From Phaeosaccion multiseriatum (lineage: Eukaryota; Protista; Ochrophyta, other classes), in contig OZ218956.1 of assembly GCA_965112735.1 (NCBI GenBank), positions 1,612,001 to 1,676,000 of the forward strand: 64,000 nt of DNA. The letters run 5' to 3'. A program made the position numbers and the translations under genes. Below are positions 1-14,188 of the stretch, piece after piece (positions within the stretch are counted from its first letter, which is position 1; each line of letters starts with the position of its first letter). The notes under the pieces are model-generated. The model had not been told where the DNA came from. It did not search any database and was given only the letters and a program-made list of their open reading frames with translations.

Positions 1-7
1 ACACACT

Positions 8-110
8 CAGTCAATCAGTCAGTCAGTCAGCCAGTCAGTCAGTCAGTCAGTCAGTCCGTCCGTCAGTCAGTCAGTCCGTCAGTCAGTCACTCAGTCAGTC
101 ACTCACTCAG
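8..110. repeat. (CAGT)n microsatellite in an intron of the Cys-rich gene
   Basis: Directly visible tandem tetranucleotide. Confidence 0.95.
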
Positions 111-136
111 TCTGTCATAGCTACCGCTTCCCTCAC

Positions 137-2035
137 CTCGCAAGCATTCTCCACCGAGCAGGTCGCTTTTGAGGTACCCTCGAAGTTCGCCTCCTAAGAT
201 GGGACGGCGGGGAATGGCAAAGGAATGGAGAGCGAAAGAAGAGGCATGGCAGGCAGGGAATGGCAAACAGATGGAGAGCGAACAGGGAGGGATGGCAGGA
301 ATGGCGAACAGATGGGGGCAGCATTCGGATGGAGAGCGAAAGACAGAGGTGAGAGAAGAGAGGACAAGATAAGGACGGCAGTGGACGGAATGGGGCGATA
401 GAGCGAGGGGAGCAACAGACAAGGGAGAGATCAGAGTGGGTACGCACGAAGGGATGGGTCGTAGGTGGCCGTAGTTGGTTGTTGCTGTTGGGTGAGGGGA
501 CAAAGACTGAGTCACAGACTAAACAATTACGCCACCCCCAGCCAATGCAAGGCCAGTCTGAGTATCTGCGCCGTTGGTTACACGCACCACAACTTGTCTC
601 CGCGAGGCCACTCACCTTACAAGCGGCGAAACCAGTGCAAGCGACATCACAGTTCTGGCGCGACAGGGCAAAGCGAGACAGATGGAGGGGAGGGAGAGGG
701 AAGGGAAGGGGGGACAGGGCGGAGTGGGAGTGAAAGTGGTGCGCAGCCGGAGAGCGTGAGTGAGTGACGTGTGCGGTCGCGCGTGTCTGTGTCCGAGCAA
801 TGATACGGCAAACAGAGCACAAGATGAAGAAGGAAGGTGGTGGTGGGACGAGGGGAGCGAGGGGGGGGGGGAGGGGAAGGGCAGCCTCCGTTGCACGGGA
901 GGGGAGTGACGGTCCTGGCTTGAACGGGGGCGTGGTCTGTCACTTACCACAAAGTTGATGCCCTGACGAGAGAGAGAGAGAGAGAGAGAGAGTATGGCAA
1001 CAAGGAAGGTGGGCGCAGCAGCAAGGGGGAGATGGGAAGGGAAGCAGGGAGGAGTGGGAATGGCAGGTTGAGCTCAGCAGGTCTGTGCAGTAGTGAGCGC
1101 CGAAGGAAGAGACGTCCGACAGCCGCACTCAGGGGTCCAGCAAGCAGTCACAACAGGAAGGAGACACCTGCTGGCCTTCCATCCTTCCTTCCTTCCTGCA
1201 CTCCCTTCTTCCTTCCCCCCCTCCCTCCCTCCCTCCCTCCCTCGCCTCTTCCATCCCTCCTTTCCTCCCGGCGCCCCAACACACGAGAGGGTGGCGGGCG
1301 GCAGCGATGCCACAGCAGCGATGACAGTCACATAGCACATAAGATACACCCCTACTCACCACGCATTTGTTTCCAGTGCTATTCGGATCCAGCGAATCAA
1401 AGTCACATGTGATGGGGTTGCCCGTACACGTGCACATGTTCAAACTCCCGTCGTACGCAGCGCAAGCACTCGTATCAAAGTCTGGCACGGTGCGGGACAG
1501 GGACAGACACAAGAGTATATTCAGAGAATAGGCACACACGAGGAGGGCGGGGGGTGGGGAGAAAGAAAGAGCGCAGAGGGCATGAGCTTTGGTTGGGTTT
1601 GGTGTGGAGTGGTGTAGTGGTGTGGTTCGTGTTTGCGAATGAAAAAAAGACTGGGGAGAAAGTGTGGTTGTTTCCAAGGGGCAAATCATATCTTCGAGGG
1701 GGTAAGCTCACTCAGAGTGTCGGCTCAGACTAGCAGGGGACAGGAGGTGTTGTTCCGTCGTCAGTAACAATGATGGAAGAGGAGGAAGAAGGAAGGAAGG
1801 GCGAAAAAGACACAGGCAAAAAAAAGCAAGAGCGCTGGGAAAGAAGCTAAGCTTTTCAGCGTTTATCCCTCGTCGGTGGGATGGATTCATCGCTGGTTCA
1901 ACCGAGTCAAAGGCGTTTGGGACCACGAGCTACGTGTACACAACTAACACTCATCAGGGGCATTAACTTACTTTCGGCGAAGACTGCATCGAGAAGCAAA
2001 AAAGCCACCACCGGGAGAAGCCACCGCAGTGTCAT
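137..2035 (-). CDS. Secreted cysteine-rich repeat protein (partial; 3' part lies beyond the left edge)
   Basis: GT-AG exons 2035-1972, 1481-1360, 962-948, 654-616 and 193-137 splice in frame: MTLRWLLPVVAFLLLDAVFAE (signal-peptide-like) NFDTSACAAYDGSLNMCTCTGNPITCDFDSLDPNSTGNKCV-GINFV-NCDVACTGFAACK-EANFEGTSKATCSVENACE. C-x5-C repeats. An extra microexon near 1712-1723 is possible. Confidence 0.75.
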
Positions 2036-2141
2036 AAGCACCCCCATTGCTGCAACCAAAGCGGATCACGCCGCCTTTGGAGTTCTGCTGCTGCTGCTGC
2101 TCTGCTCCTCGTTGCTGGCGTTGCTCTGTAGTGCCACACTT

Positions 2142-2255
2142 GCAGGAGAAGACTGATGAGAGCGGGGGGGCATAGAGATCGATGAAAGCCCCCATACACA
2201 CGCAGCAGAAGACCAACGAGAGCGGGGGGGCACAGAGATCGATGAAAGCCCCCAT
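2142..2255. repeat. 60-bp-period direct repeat (~1.9 copies) upstream of the Cys-rich gene
   Basis: gagagcgggggggcayagagatcgatgaaagcccccat at 2158 and 2218. Confidence 0.9.
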
Positions 2256-2395
2256 CCCTCTCACATCCCTCATGTCCTACCCCCATGGGCCGTAATTCGC
2301 TCTTCGCTCATTTCTTTTTATACGATGGATTCTTGTTCGCGCGCGCTTTCTGGGAGTGTGTTTTCCAGGCAGGAAATGATGAGGGCCAAGGTCGA

Positions 2396-2568
2396 GACCC
2401 CTGACAAGGTTCTGAGCGGCGACCTAGGCCATAGCTTAGGGGGGTAGGTACTGTAGGGGGACCTCATCATTGCCTTATTACGCGGCTTTTCCGACGACCT
2501 TCCCCCCAGAACCTGAAACCTTTTATGCTTTCCCCCAGAACCTGGAACCCAGAACCTTGTCAGGGGTC
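2396..2568. mobile_element. MITE-like foldback element
   Basis: Perfect 19-bp inverted repeat GACCCCTGACAAGGTTCTG (2396-2414 / 2550-2568), several internal CAGAACCT/AGGTTCTG motifs, extra nested stems; no clear TSD. Confidence 0.5.
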
Positions 2569-2710
2569 GAGGTTCTGGTCGGCGCCAGCTGGCCAGGTTC
2601 CTGGCTCTGGCCAGGGTCAGCCGGCCAGGTGGGCTGGCCTGTAACACATTCACTCCCCTGTCCCACTTAACAGTATAGTACTCGGCCATTTTTTCTCCCC
2701 AAGCACAGAA

Positions 2711-5700
2711 CTACTTGTGCAGGATGGAGGTCGAGAAGGTGCCCTGCAGCAGGCGGGGAAGGTCCTCTGTGTCCAGGCACACGTGGCCTCTCCCGAGGGG
2801 CATGCTGGCGGCCGCCCTCGCCGCCTCGTCGCCGAAGGACGCAATCATAATGACATGAGCCTTGGCGTGGCTGCTTCCCGTCAGCAGGGCCCCCAACCGA
2901 GCGGGCTTGATGCCGTACCTCTCGAGGTTGGCGTCCGTAATGACAAAGACAAAGGCGTCTTCCTCCTCCTCCTCCTCTCCTCCTCCTCCTCCTCCTCCTC
3001 CTCCTCCTTGCCCCCTGTCCTCTGCCCACTGCAGTGCCTTCCGAGTCGCTTCAAGGGTGTTGTCCCCGCTCCTGCAGTACTGCGAGTGGGCCACCATCGC
3101 CTCCAGCACCGACAGCTGCGCTCGCTCGTCCTCCGGGGGGACAGTCGTTGTCCCCGGGGGAGCAGTCGTCCCCGTCCCCGTCCCCGGGGGTGGCCCAGTC
3201 CCAATGACAAAGGGTATCTCCGCGCTGTCCCCTGAGTGTCCAACGATATCGTAGGTGAAGCGGCTCTCGTGGCCCCTAAAGCCTTCCATGACCATCACCA
3301 TGCACTCCAGCAGCCGCTCGAGCCTCCCATCCTGTCCATTGAAGCGATACATGGAGCCGCTCACGTCCACGACGAAACGCAACCTCCGGGGCCGTGACCG
3401 TGGCCGTTTGCTGCCATCCCCGCCCCCATCCCCATCGTCATCCCCACTAGGGGAGAAGGGGTCCGTGTGCGTGTGCGCCACCCCTCTCCTCTTGTAGATG
3501 GACCGTTCCCCGACCAGTCCCTCGATGAGCTTGGCATCATCCAGCTCTCCTGAGGACTGGTTGCGCAACCACACGCGTTGGTTCTCCGGTCTCGTGTCTG
3601 CCTTGAGGCTTTCCAAGAGTGCACGTATCTGCCCCACTTCGCCTGCTACCTTGCGCCTCACCCGCTGGTACCTCTCAAAGTCACCCTTCCCCATGCCTAT
3701 CTCCCTCAGCCGCTTCTCCAGGCCCTCTGCTGCCATTTCCCGTGCACGTGCCAGTGCCGCCTCGCTTACCTGTGTGTCGAGTGTAGGATGGACAGACCAG
3801 CAGTGGGACAGCAGTGGGACAGCAGTGGGACAGGAGGATGAGAGTATGAAGGTGGAGGAGTTGCTAAACGTAGCGACACGTGTGCCTAAGTCAACATTTC
3901 CTTCCTCCCCTTTGGCATGCCTCCTCTGTAGTGGCGCGGGCGCGTGCCCATCCTCCACTACCCTGACACCTAACACTTGACACCTGACACCCGACACCCG
4001 ACACCTCTCGTCACACACCTCGCACCGGATACCAGTCGCACCCCACGCCTCACCTGACATACACCTCCACACCTCACTCAGCTCATAAGCTCTAATACAT
4101 ATACCTCACACCTCACACCTCGCACGTGACGAAACCTCACACCTCACCACCCCCCACCTCACACACCTCCTGACACTTGACACGACTGACTACCCACTAC
4201 CAACCTGTGCCTTGTCCTCGTCCGAGATTTGATGCACGTGGTGGCCCTTGTCGAGTCGATAGGGCCCTCCCCTGCCGCCCAGCCCCGCCGTGTCGCTACC
4301 CCCCGTGCCCCCCGCCCAGGTATTCCCCCCCACATGCGGGGCATTGTTCGGGTCTTCCTTGCCGTGCTTGGCGTCGCCGAGCCCTGTCCGAGGGCCTTGA
4401 TACGCCTCGTCTTTCCCGTCTCGTATCGTCAGTCGGTCATCATCCAACCCACCACCCACACCCACCCCACCGCTACCACCACCTCCTCCTCCTCCTCCTG
4501 CGCCGAGCATCCCCCTCCAATCCTGGAGCTCTCTCCCCAGCTGCGCTTTGTCCACTTGCCACAGCGTCACTGTCCCGTCCTCCTGCAGCGTCGCCAGCAC
4601 GAGACCACCTCCCCCACCCTCCTCACCCTGCCCGCTCAGAGGGTGTCCTACCCCTCCTCCTCCTGCTCCTCCTCCCCCTAGGCGGCACATATCCACCACA
4701 GAACCACGCCCACTCTGCAGCAGCACTTGCCGCACCCGCAGCTCCTCCTCCTCCTCCTCGTCCTGCTGCTGCTGCTGCTGCCGCTGCTGCTCGTCAGGGC
4801 TGCCCGTAGGACTACCGGTGCTGCTGCTGCTGCTGCCACCATCATGCGACATGGACACCACTTCCAACCAAGTCCGCTCCACCTCCTTTTTGCCATGTTG
4901 GTGGTGACCGCGAGACTTCCTGTCGTGCTGGGCAGGAGGCGTACTGACACGGCTGCTGCCCGAGAGAGCAGACACCATCACTCCCCCCCCCGTCCTCTTC
5001 CTTCTCCTCCCTCTCCTGCTGCTGCCCTGTGCCAGATCTTGACTATCGGCGCCTCCTCCTCCTTGAGCAGTTGGTGATTCGGCGCAGAGAAAGGCAGTTC
5101 GTTTCCTCACCGTGCCGACCTCACCCTGCTGCGCGCCCTCGCCTCCTGCCGCTGTATCACCAACATGGGTGCCTTGCCCTCGAGGCCAAACCGTGACACT
5201 GACGACTCCTCCTCCCCTTTCTCCTCCTCCCTCCTCTCCTTCTAGCAGGCTTTCCTCCTCCTGCCGCTGCCCTTGACCCACGCAATGCTGTGGCAACACA
5301 TTCGCCGTAAGAGTCTCTGCGAAGAGAGCCCGAGGTGCGCGATTGAGCATCTCATTATAGGGCAGCCCCCACGAGTCCTCTCCTTTGCCCTTCCCCACCG
5401 AAGAACCAACTCCCTCACCCGTCTGCACCCACTTGGCAGCCCCCCTCTCTGCCGGCCGTACAAGTCGCATGTTTTTGTTACTCAGTAGTCGGCTCTCCTC
5501 CTCAGCATTCCCCCCCTCCTCCCGTTTCTCCAAACTCACTCTCAAAATCGACCCGTCTCCCGTCCGTACCCACATGGTCTGTGGGCCCTTTGAGCCCCCC
5601 CGACCACGACCCTCACTCTGACCCTGACCCTGACCAGGGCCCTGACCCATGCAATGCTCTTGCTGCTGCTGTGTCACCAACTGCTGCTGCTGCTGCTGCA

Positions 5701-6163
5701 CCTCAAAGCCGACTTCCTGCACAGAGGTGTCAGCCCCAAGATGCATACACTTCGCGCGTACAACCATACGGCTGCCATCCTCCTCATCATCATCATCATC
5801 ATCATGTGTCTGTGTGACCTCAAGAAGGTACACTTCGCTGCTTCCTTTCTCGAACACGACCAGTCCATCGCTGCTGCTACCGCCGCTGCTACTGGCCCCG
5901 GGTGGACTCCACTCCTTCAAAACGAGGAGCTACCATATGAGAGAGGTAGAGATAGAGGCAGACAGGACAGAAATAATGTGTGTGTGAAAAAGAGAGGACG
6001 TAGGGGGGGGGGGGGGGTGACTGGGCGTGGGAGATGTGGGTGCAAGAGAGAAGAAGGAGGGAGGAGGACGAATGAAAGACATCGAAGAGACAACAGATGT
6101 GTATCACACACAAAGAGCCCTTCCCTGGCAAGGCCCGAAGTCGCCAGGCCGTGCTCTCGATAC

Positions 6164-6203
<40 letters not shown>

Positions 6204-9200
6204 ACTTTTTCTCTCTCTCTCAGTCACGCACTCACCCCGTTGCTATGCCCCTCCTCGTCCTGACCACCCCCTCCTCCTCCCATGAAGTGACTGAGGAGTC
6301 CTGTCCTCGCCTTCTTCTTCCTCTTCGTCGTCTTTTCCCTCCTCCTTCGCCCGCTGCTGTCGATGCCACGCTGAGGCATGCCATCACTACTATGAAAGTC
6401 GACGTCAGTAATGTCGACATCGAAAAAGTCCGTCATGTCAATGTCGAGGTCCATGGGCAGACTGACACTGACGATGGGGTCTCTCCCCCGGGGGTCTACG
6501 ATGGATAGGGACCGCTTACCGCCTCCGGTAGGGAGTAGGGCCATCACGGCGACTTTGCCTAGGCTGGGCAGAGGGGCCATCAGGGGAGCCTTTGGGGGAG
6601 GGGAGGGCATGACGGGAAGGAAGAAAGGAGCCAGGAGACAGGATAAGAGGATAGAGGGAATCTACTGCCATTCTCACCCTTCCTCCTTTCCTTCCCTCCT
6701 TCTCTGCCTACCCGCCCACCCACCGGCGCGTCTCTCTACTCCATCTACTGCCATCCCTCTCTCCCTCCTCTCGACCCCTACTCCATCCACTGCCATCCCT
6801 CTCTCCCTCCCTCTCGACCCCTACTCCATCTACTGCAGCCTCTCCCTCCGTCCTTGCCAACCCACCCACCCACCCACCCACCCACTCACCTGCGTCCCTT
6901 GCTGCCCTGTGCCCATATAGTACCCGTAGGCAGCGTCTTCGGCACTCACAAGCTCCAACAGCACCGCCTCTCGCGCACTTCCCAGAGCGGAGATGGCAGT
7001 GGATGGAGTAGTAGATGGCGGACCCCCTGTGAATGGAATGGCGGTGGATGGAGGAGGAGAAGGAGGCAGCAGCAAGGACTGGAGCTCGAGCTCGCCCCTC
7101 TGTCCATAGCGCAGGACGTGTAGGGATTGATGCCGAAGCACGTCCATTGAGTCTAATGTTGGGGAGAGGGTGGTGGTGGTGGTGGTGGAGGAGGAGGAGG
7201 AGCCAGTCTCACTCGCCAGGGGAGGTGTTGATGCTTGATACAATGAAGGCTGCTGGGACGGTAGAGCTACGATTGCAAGGGGTGTCCCTCCGCGGCTGCT
7301 GCTGCCTCCCATCATTGGGTTGACGACCCCCAAACGCTCGGAGAAGTCAGCCCCACGGCAGTACTGAGAGGAGCGGAGCCCAGGGCCCACGTCACACCAG
7401 ACCCAGGCACAGAGATAGAGGGGGGGGGGCGCAGGAAGAGCAGGTGAACAAGCAACGCCCACAGTGGATTGGAAGGGGTGGGAAGGGTGAGCCGATGCGA
7501 AGGGATCGACAGAAGAGGGGAGGAAGGAAGGAAGGAAGGAAAGAAAACACTAAGCGCATAGGGCCAGGAGCAAGCACAGACACCATACTTCCCCCCATCC
7601 ACTGCCATCGCCCCACCACCCCCTACTCCCCAATTACCTGGATAGTGCTCGCCGCTCGACCCGTCACCTTGGGGGAGGCTTCTGCCACTTGACGCTGCCA
7701 TGCTCTGCCAAATCCTCTGTCGGCCGAGAAGTGGGGTAGGGCAAAGGAAGCTGCGGGTGATGTTAAAAAAATCCCACGCAAACCCCTCACCCACCCACCC
7801 ATCCACCCACCCTCCCAACCACATTCACACCACACACCCATATCAAACAAAAATAATGTGGGGGGGTGATCTAGGGAAAAACTACACGCATACCGCAGAC
7901 AGACACTGTAACGTACGTCACCTTACGTAACGGTACGGTATTGCGCGAAACCTGAGAGAGCAGGCGACGCTGCGGGGTTCACGAGCCACTCCTCCGTTGT
8001 GCGAGGAGCGGTCGGAGAGCGTTCCTCACCATTCGAGAGGCATATGGGTGAGGCCAGGCTGACACTGAGGCGGTGCTCCTGCTCCTGTCCCGCTCCCTCT
8101 AGGGACGACACAGGCAGCAGGGGGATGCCCTGCTGCTGAAACACCTGATCGAAGCAAGACATATGGGCAGGCATATGGGCAGGCATATGGGCAGGCACAT
8201 GGACATGCAATGGTGGCATGCATGCGAGGGGAGCAGATAATATGTCAGGGAAGGAAATGGAGGTCAGGTGTGGGGACGTGGGGGCAAAAGACAGACAGAG
8301 CGGGTGGTGGGGGTCCTCCTCCTCCTCCTCCTCCTCCTCCTCCTCCTCCTCCTCCTCCTCCTCCTCCTCCTCCTCCTCCTCCTCCTTGTCCGCTGCATGG
8401 CACAAACTGCACTGCACTGAATTGCTACCTCGGAGAGCGTTCCCTGCAACTGCTCGTCGAAGGCGTCGAAGGCGAGAACGTTCTGCAGCGCCTTCACCAC
8501 CCCGTCTGCAGGGAAGCGCTGGAGATGTTTCACCACACTACATCCTGATTGACATTGATTCGACATTGATTTAGTATTGATTGATGACAATACTTGACAT
8601 TTGTTGTGACGTTGAGTACTTGGCAGCGATTGAAATTGATTGGTTTGTGTAGTGATTGACCAGACATACATACATACATACATACCTACATACGTACATA
8701 CATACATACACACATACATAAAAAGTACATACATACATACATTCATACATACATATATATACATACATACATACATACATACATACATACATACATACAT
8801 ACATACATACATACATAGACCCCACATGTCCAAGATGGGAGTGAGAAAGGGAAGTAAGTGAGACTCATTGTAAAGCCTTACCTTCTCGTATGGAGTAGGG
8901 GTAGGTAAGGACGCCCCTGCGGTTGAGCTCTCTTAGCTCGGAGAAGCACGTCGCCAGCTTGAGCAGGAGGGGAGCGGGCACGTCGGGGGCGTACTCGCGG
9001 AGCACCTGAGGGGGGAGAGGTTGGTGATAACACTCAAGTGTTGTCGGGGATGGCAGTGGATGGGGGAGGACGGGGGAGTACTCTGCCCGCAGGCATGCAC
9101 ACACACACGGCCATATACACACACGCACACACACAGCCACACACACTCACACACACTCTTTCTCTTTCTCTATATCTCACACACCCACACCCACACACAC

Positions 9201-9259
9201 GCACACACACCCACACATCCACACACAAACACACACGCACACACACACACACACCCACA

Positions 9260-9323
<64 letters not shown>

Positions 9324-12300
9324 CAAACACACCTGCAGCTCGGACTGAAGGTCGGGGTTCTGAATGAGGAAGGCCGCAAACACGTCTCCGCTCTGCTGGA
9401 AAAAGTGATTCCCGTGGAAAGGGTAGCCCGGCCTGTTGGCCAGTACCCACAGCCGGAAGTCCGGGTGGATGGGAATGGTGTTGTTGTCATCGTTGGTATA
9501 GGGGATCGTTCCTGGACCCTTCCCTCCCGAGACGGAGACGAGCGTCCTCCCATCCGCAAGGGCCATCTCTCCGTCCTCGGCCAGATGCTTGAGCAAACAC
9601 ACGACCTAAGGGGAGGGGGAGGACGGCAGTGGATGGTGGTGGTGGTGAGGAGCAGGAGGAGCAGCAGCAGGAGGAGGAGGAGGAGGAGGAGGAGGAGGAG
9701 GAGGAGGAGGAGATCATATGCCTAGACATTGCATTGCTCTGCCCATATGCCTCTACTCTATACCTCCAAGGGGGCCTTGTCAACTTCGTCCAAGACAAGG
9801 ACTCTGCCCAGCCTTGCGGCCTTGACCAGAGGGGAGTCCAACCACACCAGGCCTGTTGGAGTCATACGGGAGGGAGGGAGGGAGGGAGGGAGGGAGGGAG
9901 GGAGGGAGGGAAGGAAGGAAGGAAGGAGGGATGGGGGGAGGGAGGGAGGGAGGGAGGGAGGGAGGGAAGGAAAGAGGGAGAGAGGGAGGGAGGGAGGGAG
10001 GGAGGGAGGGAGGGAGGGAGGGAGGGAGGTAGGGAGGTAGGGAGGTAGGTAGGTAGGGAGGTAGGGAGGGAGAGAGGGAGGGAAGGAAGGAGGGAGAGAG
10101 GGAGGGAGGGAGGGAGGGAGGGAGGGAGGGAGGGAGGGAGGGAGGGAGGGAGGGAGGGAGGGAGGGAGGGAGGGAGAGGGAGGGAGGGAGAGAGGGGAAG
10201 GGACCGCCCTCCGCAGATGTCAGGGGCAGAAGAGGTGAGAGGGAGTAGGGCTACACAAACACACACATACACACACACACGCACACGTGAACGCACACAA
10301 ACTGCACTCCGATCTGCTGCCATGGCCTGGCATCCGCGGCCATCCTCTGCTGTCTGCTGCCCCTCTGCTGCCCCTATGCTGCCATCTGAGCTTACCTTCT
10401 GTGGTGAGGTGGGGCGAGGCGGTGAGGGAGGCAACCGTCGAGTCCCTGTGCAGCTGCATGTACTCCCTCTCGGCCCTCAGCAGCTGCAGCAGCCGGTCCA
10501 CAAGCACGTTCTTACCCACTCCCTACCGCAGCGGGGGATGGAATGGGAAGGGAGGGGCAGCTTAAGGGGGGGGGGTGGGGGGGGGGGGCAGCACGGGGGC
10601 ACTTTGGGCGAAGTGATTGGCTCTAAACTGGCTCTAAATTAGCTCTTATCAAAGCCTGTTTGGGATACAAAGGCTGCAAAGGCCGCAGGGAGGAAAAGGC
10701 GCGCAGAGTTGGTCCGCGAAGTCAAGCAGGAGGAGGAGGAGGTGGTGGAGGAGCAGGAGGAGTTGAGCCTATGCATGGGTGTGTGTGTGTGTGCGATCTG
10801 CAGGCCTTCACAAACAAGGCAAAGGTACATCCAAAGACAAGAGAGAAATGTGTTTCTACAGAGGGGAGGCGGCGAGAGAGATGATATACCCATATCTATA
10901 TGCCTCTAACCATCTACATGCCTCTTTTTGCCTCTAACCTGGTTTCCGATGAGCAGCAGCGCCCTCTCCCCTGAGGCGTGCATGCTTGCGAGCGTGGCGA
11001 GTTGCTGTGTCTGCGAGGCATTGTCGAAGAACACCGGTCGGGGCACGAGCTCGGGCCGCACGGGGGTGCGTTGGGGGAGGGTAACGTTACCTGTGAGACA
11101 GAGAGGAGAGGCGGAGGAGAGGCGGAGGAGTGGGTGGGTGTGTGGTTGAGTCGGTGGTTGGGTGGGTGGGTGGGTGGTTGGGTGGGTGGGTGGGTGGGTG
11201 GTTGGGTGGTTGGGTGGTTGGGTGGTTGAGTGGGTAGTGGGATGGCGGAGTGGGTGGCCGGGTGGTTGAGCGGGTGGGTGGGTGGGTGGGTGGGTGGTTG
11301 GGTGGGTGGGGGGGTGGATGGGTGGATGGATGGGTGGGTGGTTGGTGGATGGATGGGTGGATGGATGGGTGGATGGATGGGTGGGTGGTTGGGTGGCTGG
11401 GTGGGTGGGTGGGTGGTTGAGTGTGTGGCTGGGTGGATGGATGGGTGGGTGGGTGGGTGGGTGGGTGGGTGGATGGATGGGTGGGTGGTTTGGTGGGTGG
11501 GTGGTTGAGTGGGTGGGTGGTTGAGTGGGTGGCTGGGTGGGTTGGTGGTTGGGTGTGTGGGTGGTTGAGTGAGTGGCTGGTAGGTGGGGTTTGGTTTGGG
11601 CAGTTGACGAGGCAGTCAGTCTCTTCTTTACACACACATGACGCCACATCATCAATCCATCCATCGATCTCTCTCGCTCTCGAGCGCAGCAGGAATCCAA
11701 ACTGGTAGCCCCCCCCCTCCAATCCCCTCCCCTCCCATCTGTATCATCAACCCTCTCACCTATCCTCAACCACCCTCCGTCCTGTGTCACCAAACTGTGC
11801 TGTTGCTGCTGTACCAACAACTGCTGAGGGGGAGGGGGAGGAGGAGGAGGAGGGGCAATGCCCGCCTTGCACAGACACCGCTCAATCACGTCTTGGTCAC
11901 GGAGGGGAAGCAGGCCGCTCATAAGGGTGCGGTGCACGGTCCCGTGCAGATCGAAAACTTATGTATGGGTAACACATGGGTCACGGTAGTTACGTAAGGG
12001 TTGCACAGGAGGACGGAGGTGGGGAGGGGGGGTGAGGAAGGTCGCTCTAGCCTGGACCACCAACTACTGTATCACCAACTGCTACGCCAGCCAGAGATGA
12101 CCAGGCCAACATGCAGGGCCGCACGCATTCACTCACTTCCCGCAGCAGTTAGTGATACAGCAGGAGCAGGAGAGGGGTGGTCGTGCGACGCTGTGGCGGC
12201 CGCCATTTGTCTGCAGATGCGAACCATCTGGCGGAGACTCAAGGCCAGGGCACTCGCTTCCTCCCTCGTGTCGACCGCCCCTGACGCATGCAATGGAGGA

Positions 12301-12649
12301 CAGCAGGCCGCAACGGGTATGAGTGCCAGTAGCAGAGGCAGCGGTTGGTGATACAACAGTTAGTCATACAGCAGCAGCACTCCCTCCCTTACCTGCGGCA
12401 ACTTCTTCCCGCAAGGACGAAGCGAAGGACATGAGCTGAGTAAGCTGTGGGCGGTGGTTTCCGTCCCGGCATGATGCTAAGGAGGCGAGAGAGGGAAACA
12501 TCCTCCCCAGCAGCTCTTCCATCTCGCCCAACTGAGCAGGCAGTCGTCAACGTGAGGGAAGGCAGCAGTTGGTGATACAGCAGTTAGTGAGGGTTTAACA
12601 GCAGCAGCAGCAGCAGCAGCAGCAGAAAAAAAAAAAAACAGCACACACA

Positions 12650-12693
<44 letters not shown>

Positions 12694-14137
12694 GCAAGGC
12701 AGCAGAGGGGGGGAAAGAGAGCGAGGCACGGACATTAAACACACCTCCAACGGACGAAGAGCATGCCACCGGAACAACCCCGCCGCCGCGTTCACCCACG
12801 CCGGCGAAGAAACCCTCGCCCCAGAGGGGGCAGCAGCAGACGCCACTTGAGGCTCCCCCGCCCCCTGCGCTGTGGCAAAACAGCGAAATGCAGGATGGAC
12901 CACGTGTAAACGAGGCTCATCCACGCGGCCCTGGGCCTCCCATCCACTGCCATCTCCCTCCTGTTGGGCGTCTCTCACTCGGCGGGCGGTGGAGGGGGTG
13001 ACGAGCTTGGACCCGTCGGGGAGCTCCACCTCTCCGTCCTGGGCAGTAGATGGATGGCAGTGGATGGGAGGCCCAGAGGGGCAGTGGATGCATGGCAGTG
13101 GATGGGTGGGGTAGTGGATGGGGGCCAGCAGGGGGCGGGGTGGGTGGGGAGGTGGTGGGGGGAAGAAACGGAGAGGAGTGGAGAAGCGGAGAGGAGAAGC
13201 GGAGAGGATTTGTTTCCAGAAAGTGTGGCATTAAGGGACACCACCGAGCGTAGACGAGAGCAGAGTGAGTACGAGAAAGGCGAGGAGAGGAGAGTAGAGC
13301 CGAGCAGGGCGAACCACTCACACAAGCAGCACACGCACCCACGCACCTGGAGGAGGCGAGCCAGCGTTGCAGAGGCGTCAGGAGAGAGCCTGTCGAAACC
13401 GTCCAAGATACACCAGTGCCCAGCAATCGCCGACCTGACAGACGAGGACGATGAGGAGGAGGAGGAGGAGGAGGAGGAGGAGGAGGAGGGGAGGGGAGGG
13501 GAGGGGGGACCTCAAAAGTGAAGGAATAACACACACACAAACAAAAAAAACCACGCCAGCCCCCGTCGCCGTACGTATGAACGGCGATGATTCATTCCTC
13601 GTATTGACTCATACGCACACGCACCCAGACACCCACCCACCCGAAAACGCACTCACTTTGTGAGGGGCGTCATCTCCCACGCGGTACTTCCCCCCCGGGA
13701 GGTGCGGCGCATGAGTAAGTCTCTGGCGAGAAGGTCCTTGAAGCACACAAAGGTAGAGCAGGGGGGAGAGCCCACAAGAGAGCACAAGTGATGTAGGAGG
13801 GCGGTCTGTGGAGGGAGGGAGAGAGAGGAGGGACAGCAGGGAGCGAGGGAGCGAGGGAGGGAGGGAGGGAGAGGAGGGAGGGCAGGGAGCGAGGGAGCGA
13901 GGGAGGGAGGGAGAGGAGGGAGGGCAGGGAGCGAGGGAGCGAGGGAGGGAGGGAGGGAGGGAGAGGAGGGAGGGCAGGGAGCGAGGGAGCGAGGGAGCGA
14001 GGGAGGGAGGGAGGGAGGGAGGGAGGGAGGGAGGGAGGGAGGGAGGGAGGGAGGGAGAGAGGGAAGGAGGATATGGGAAAGGTTTAGGTTTTGGTATTCG
14101 GCCCTAAGGGGGTGGACAGGGGAGGGAGGCAGGGAAG

Positions 14138-14188
<51 letters not shown>

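Noticed and set aside
1129-1167. Possible exon VSPSCCDCLLDP ending in an in-frame TGA (selenocysteine or recoding)
   Set aside because: The acceptor is purine-rich, and the flanking exons join in phase 0 without it (NKCV|GINFV), so no recoding is needed.
2152-2195. CTGATGA...GAAA hammerhead-ribozyme-like core
   Set aside because: Stem II cannot form, there is no properly placed NUH cleavage site, and the second repeat copy lacks CTGATGA.
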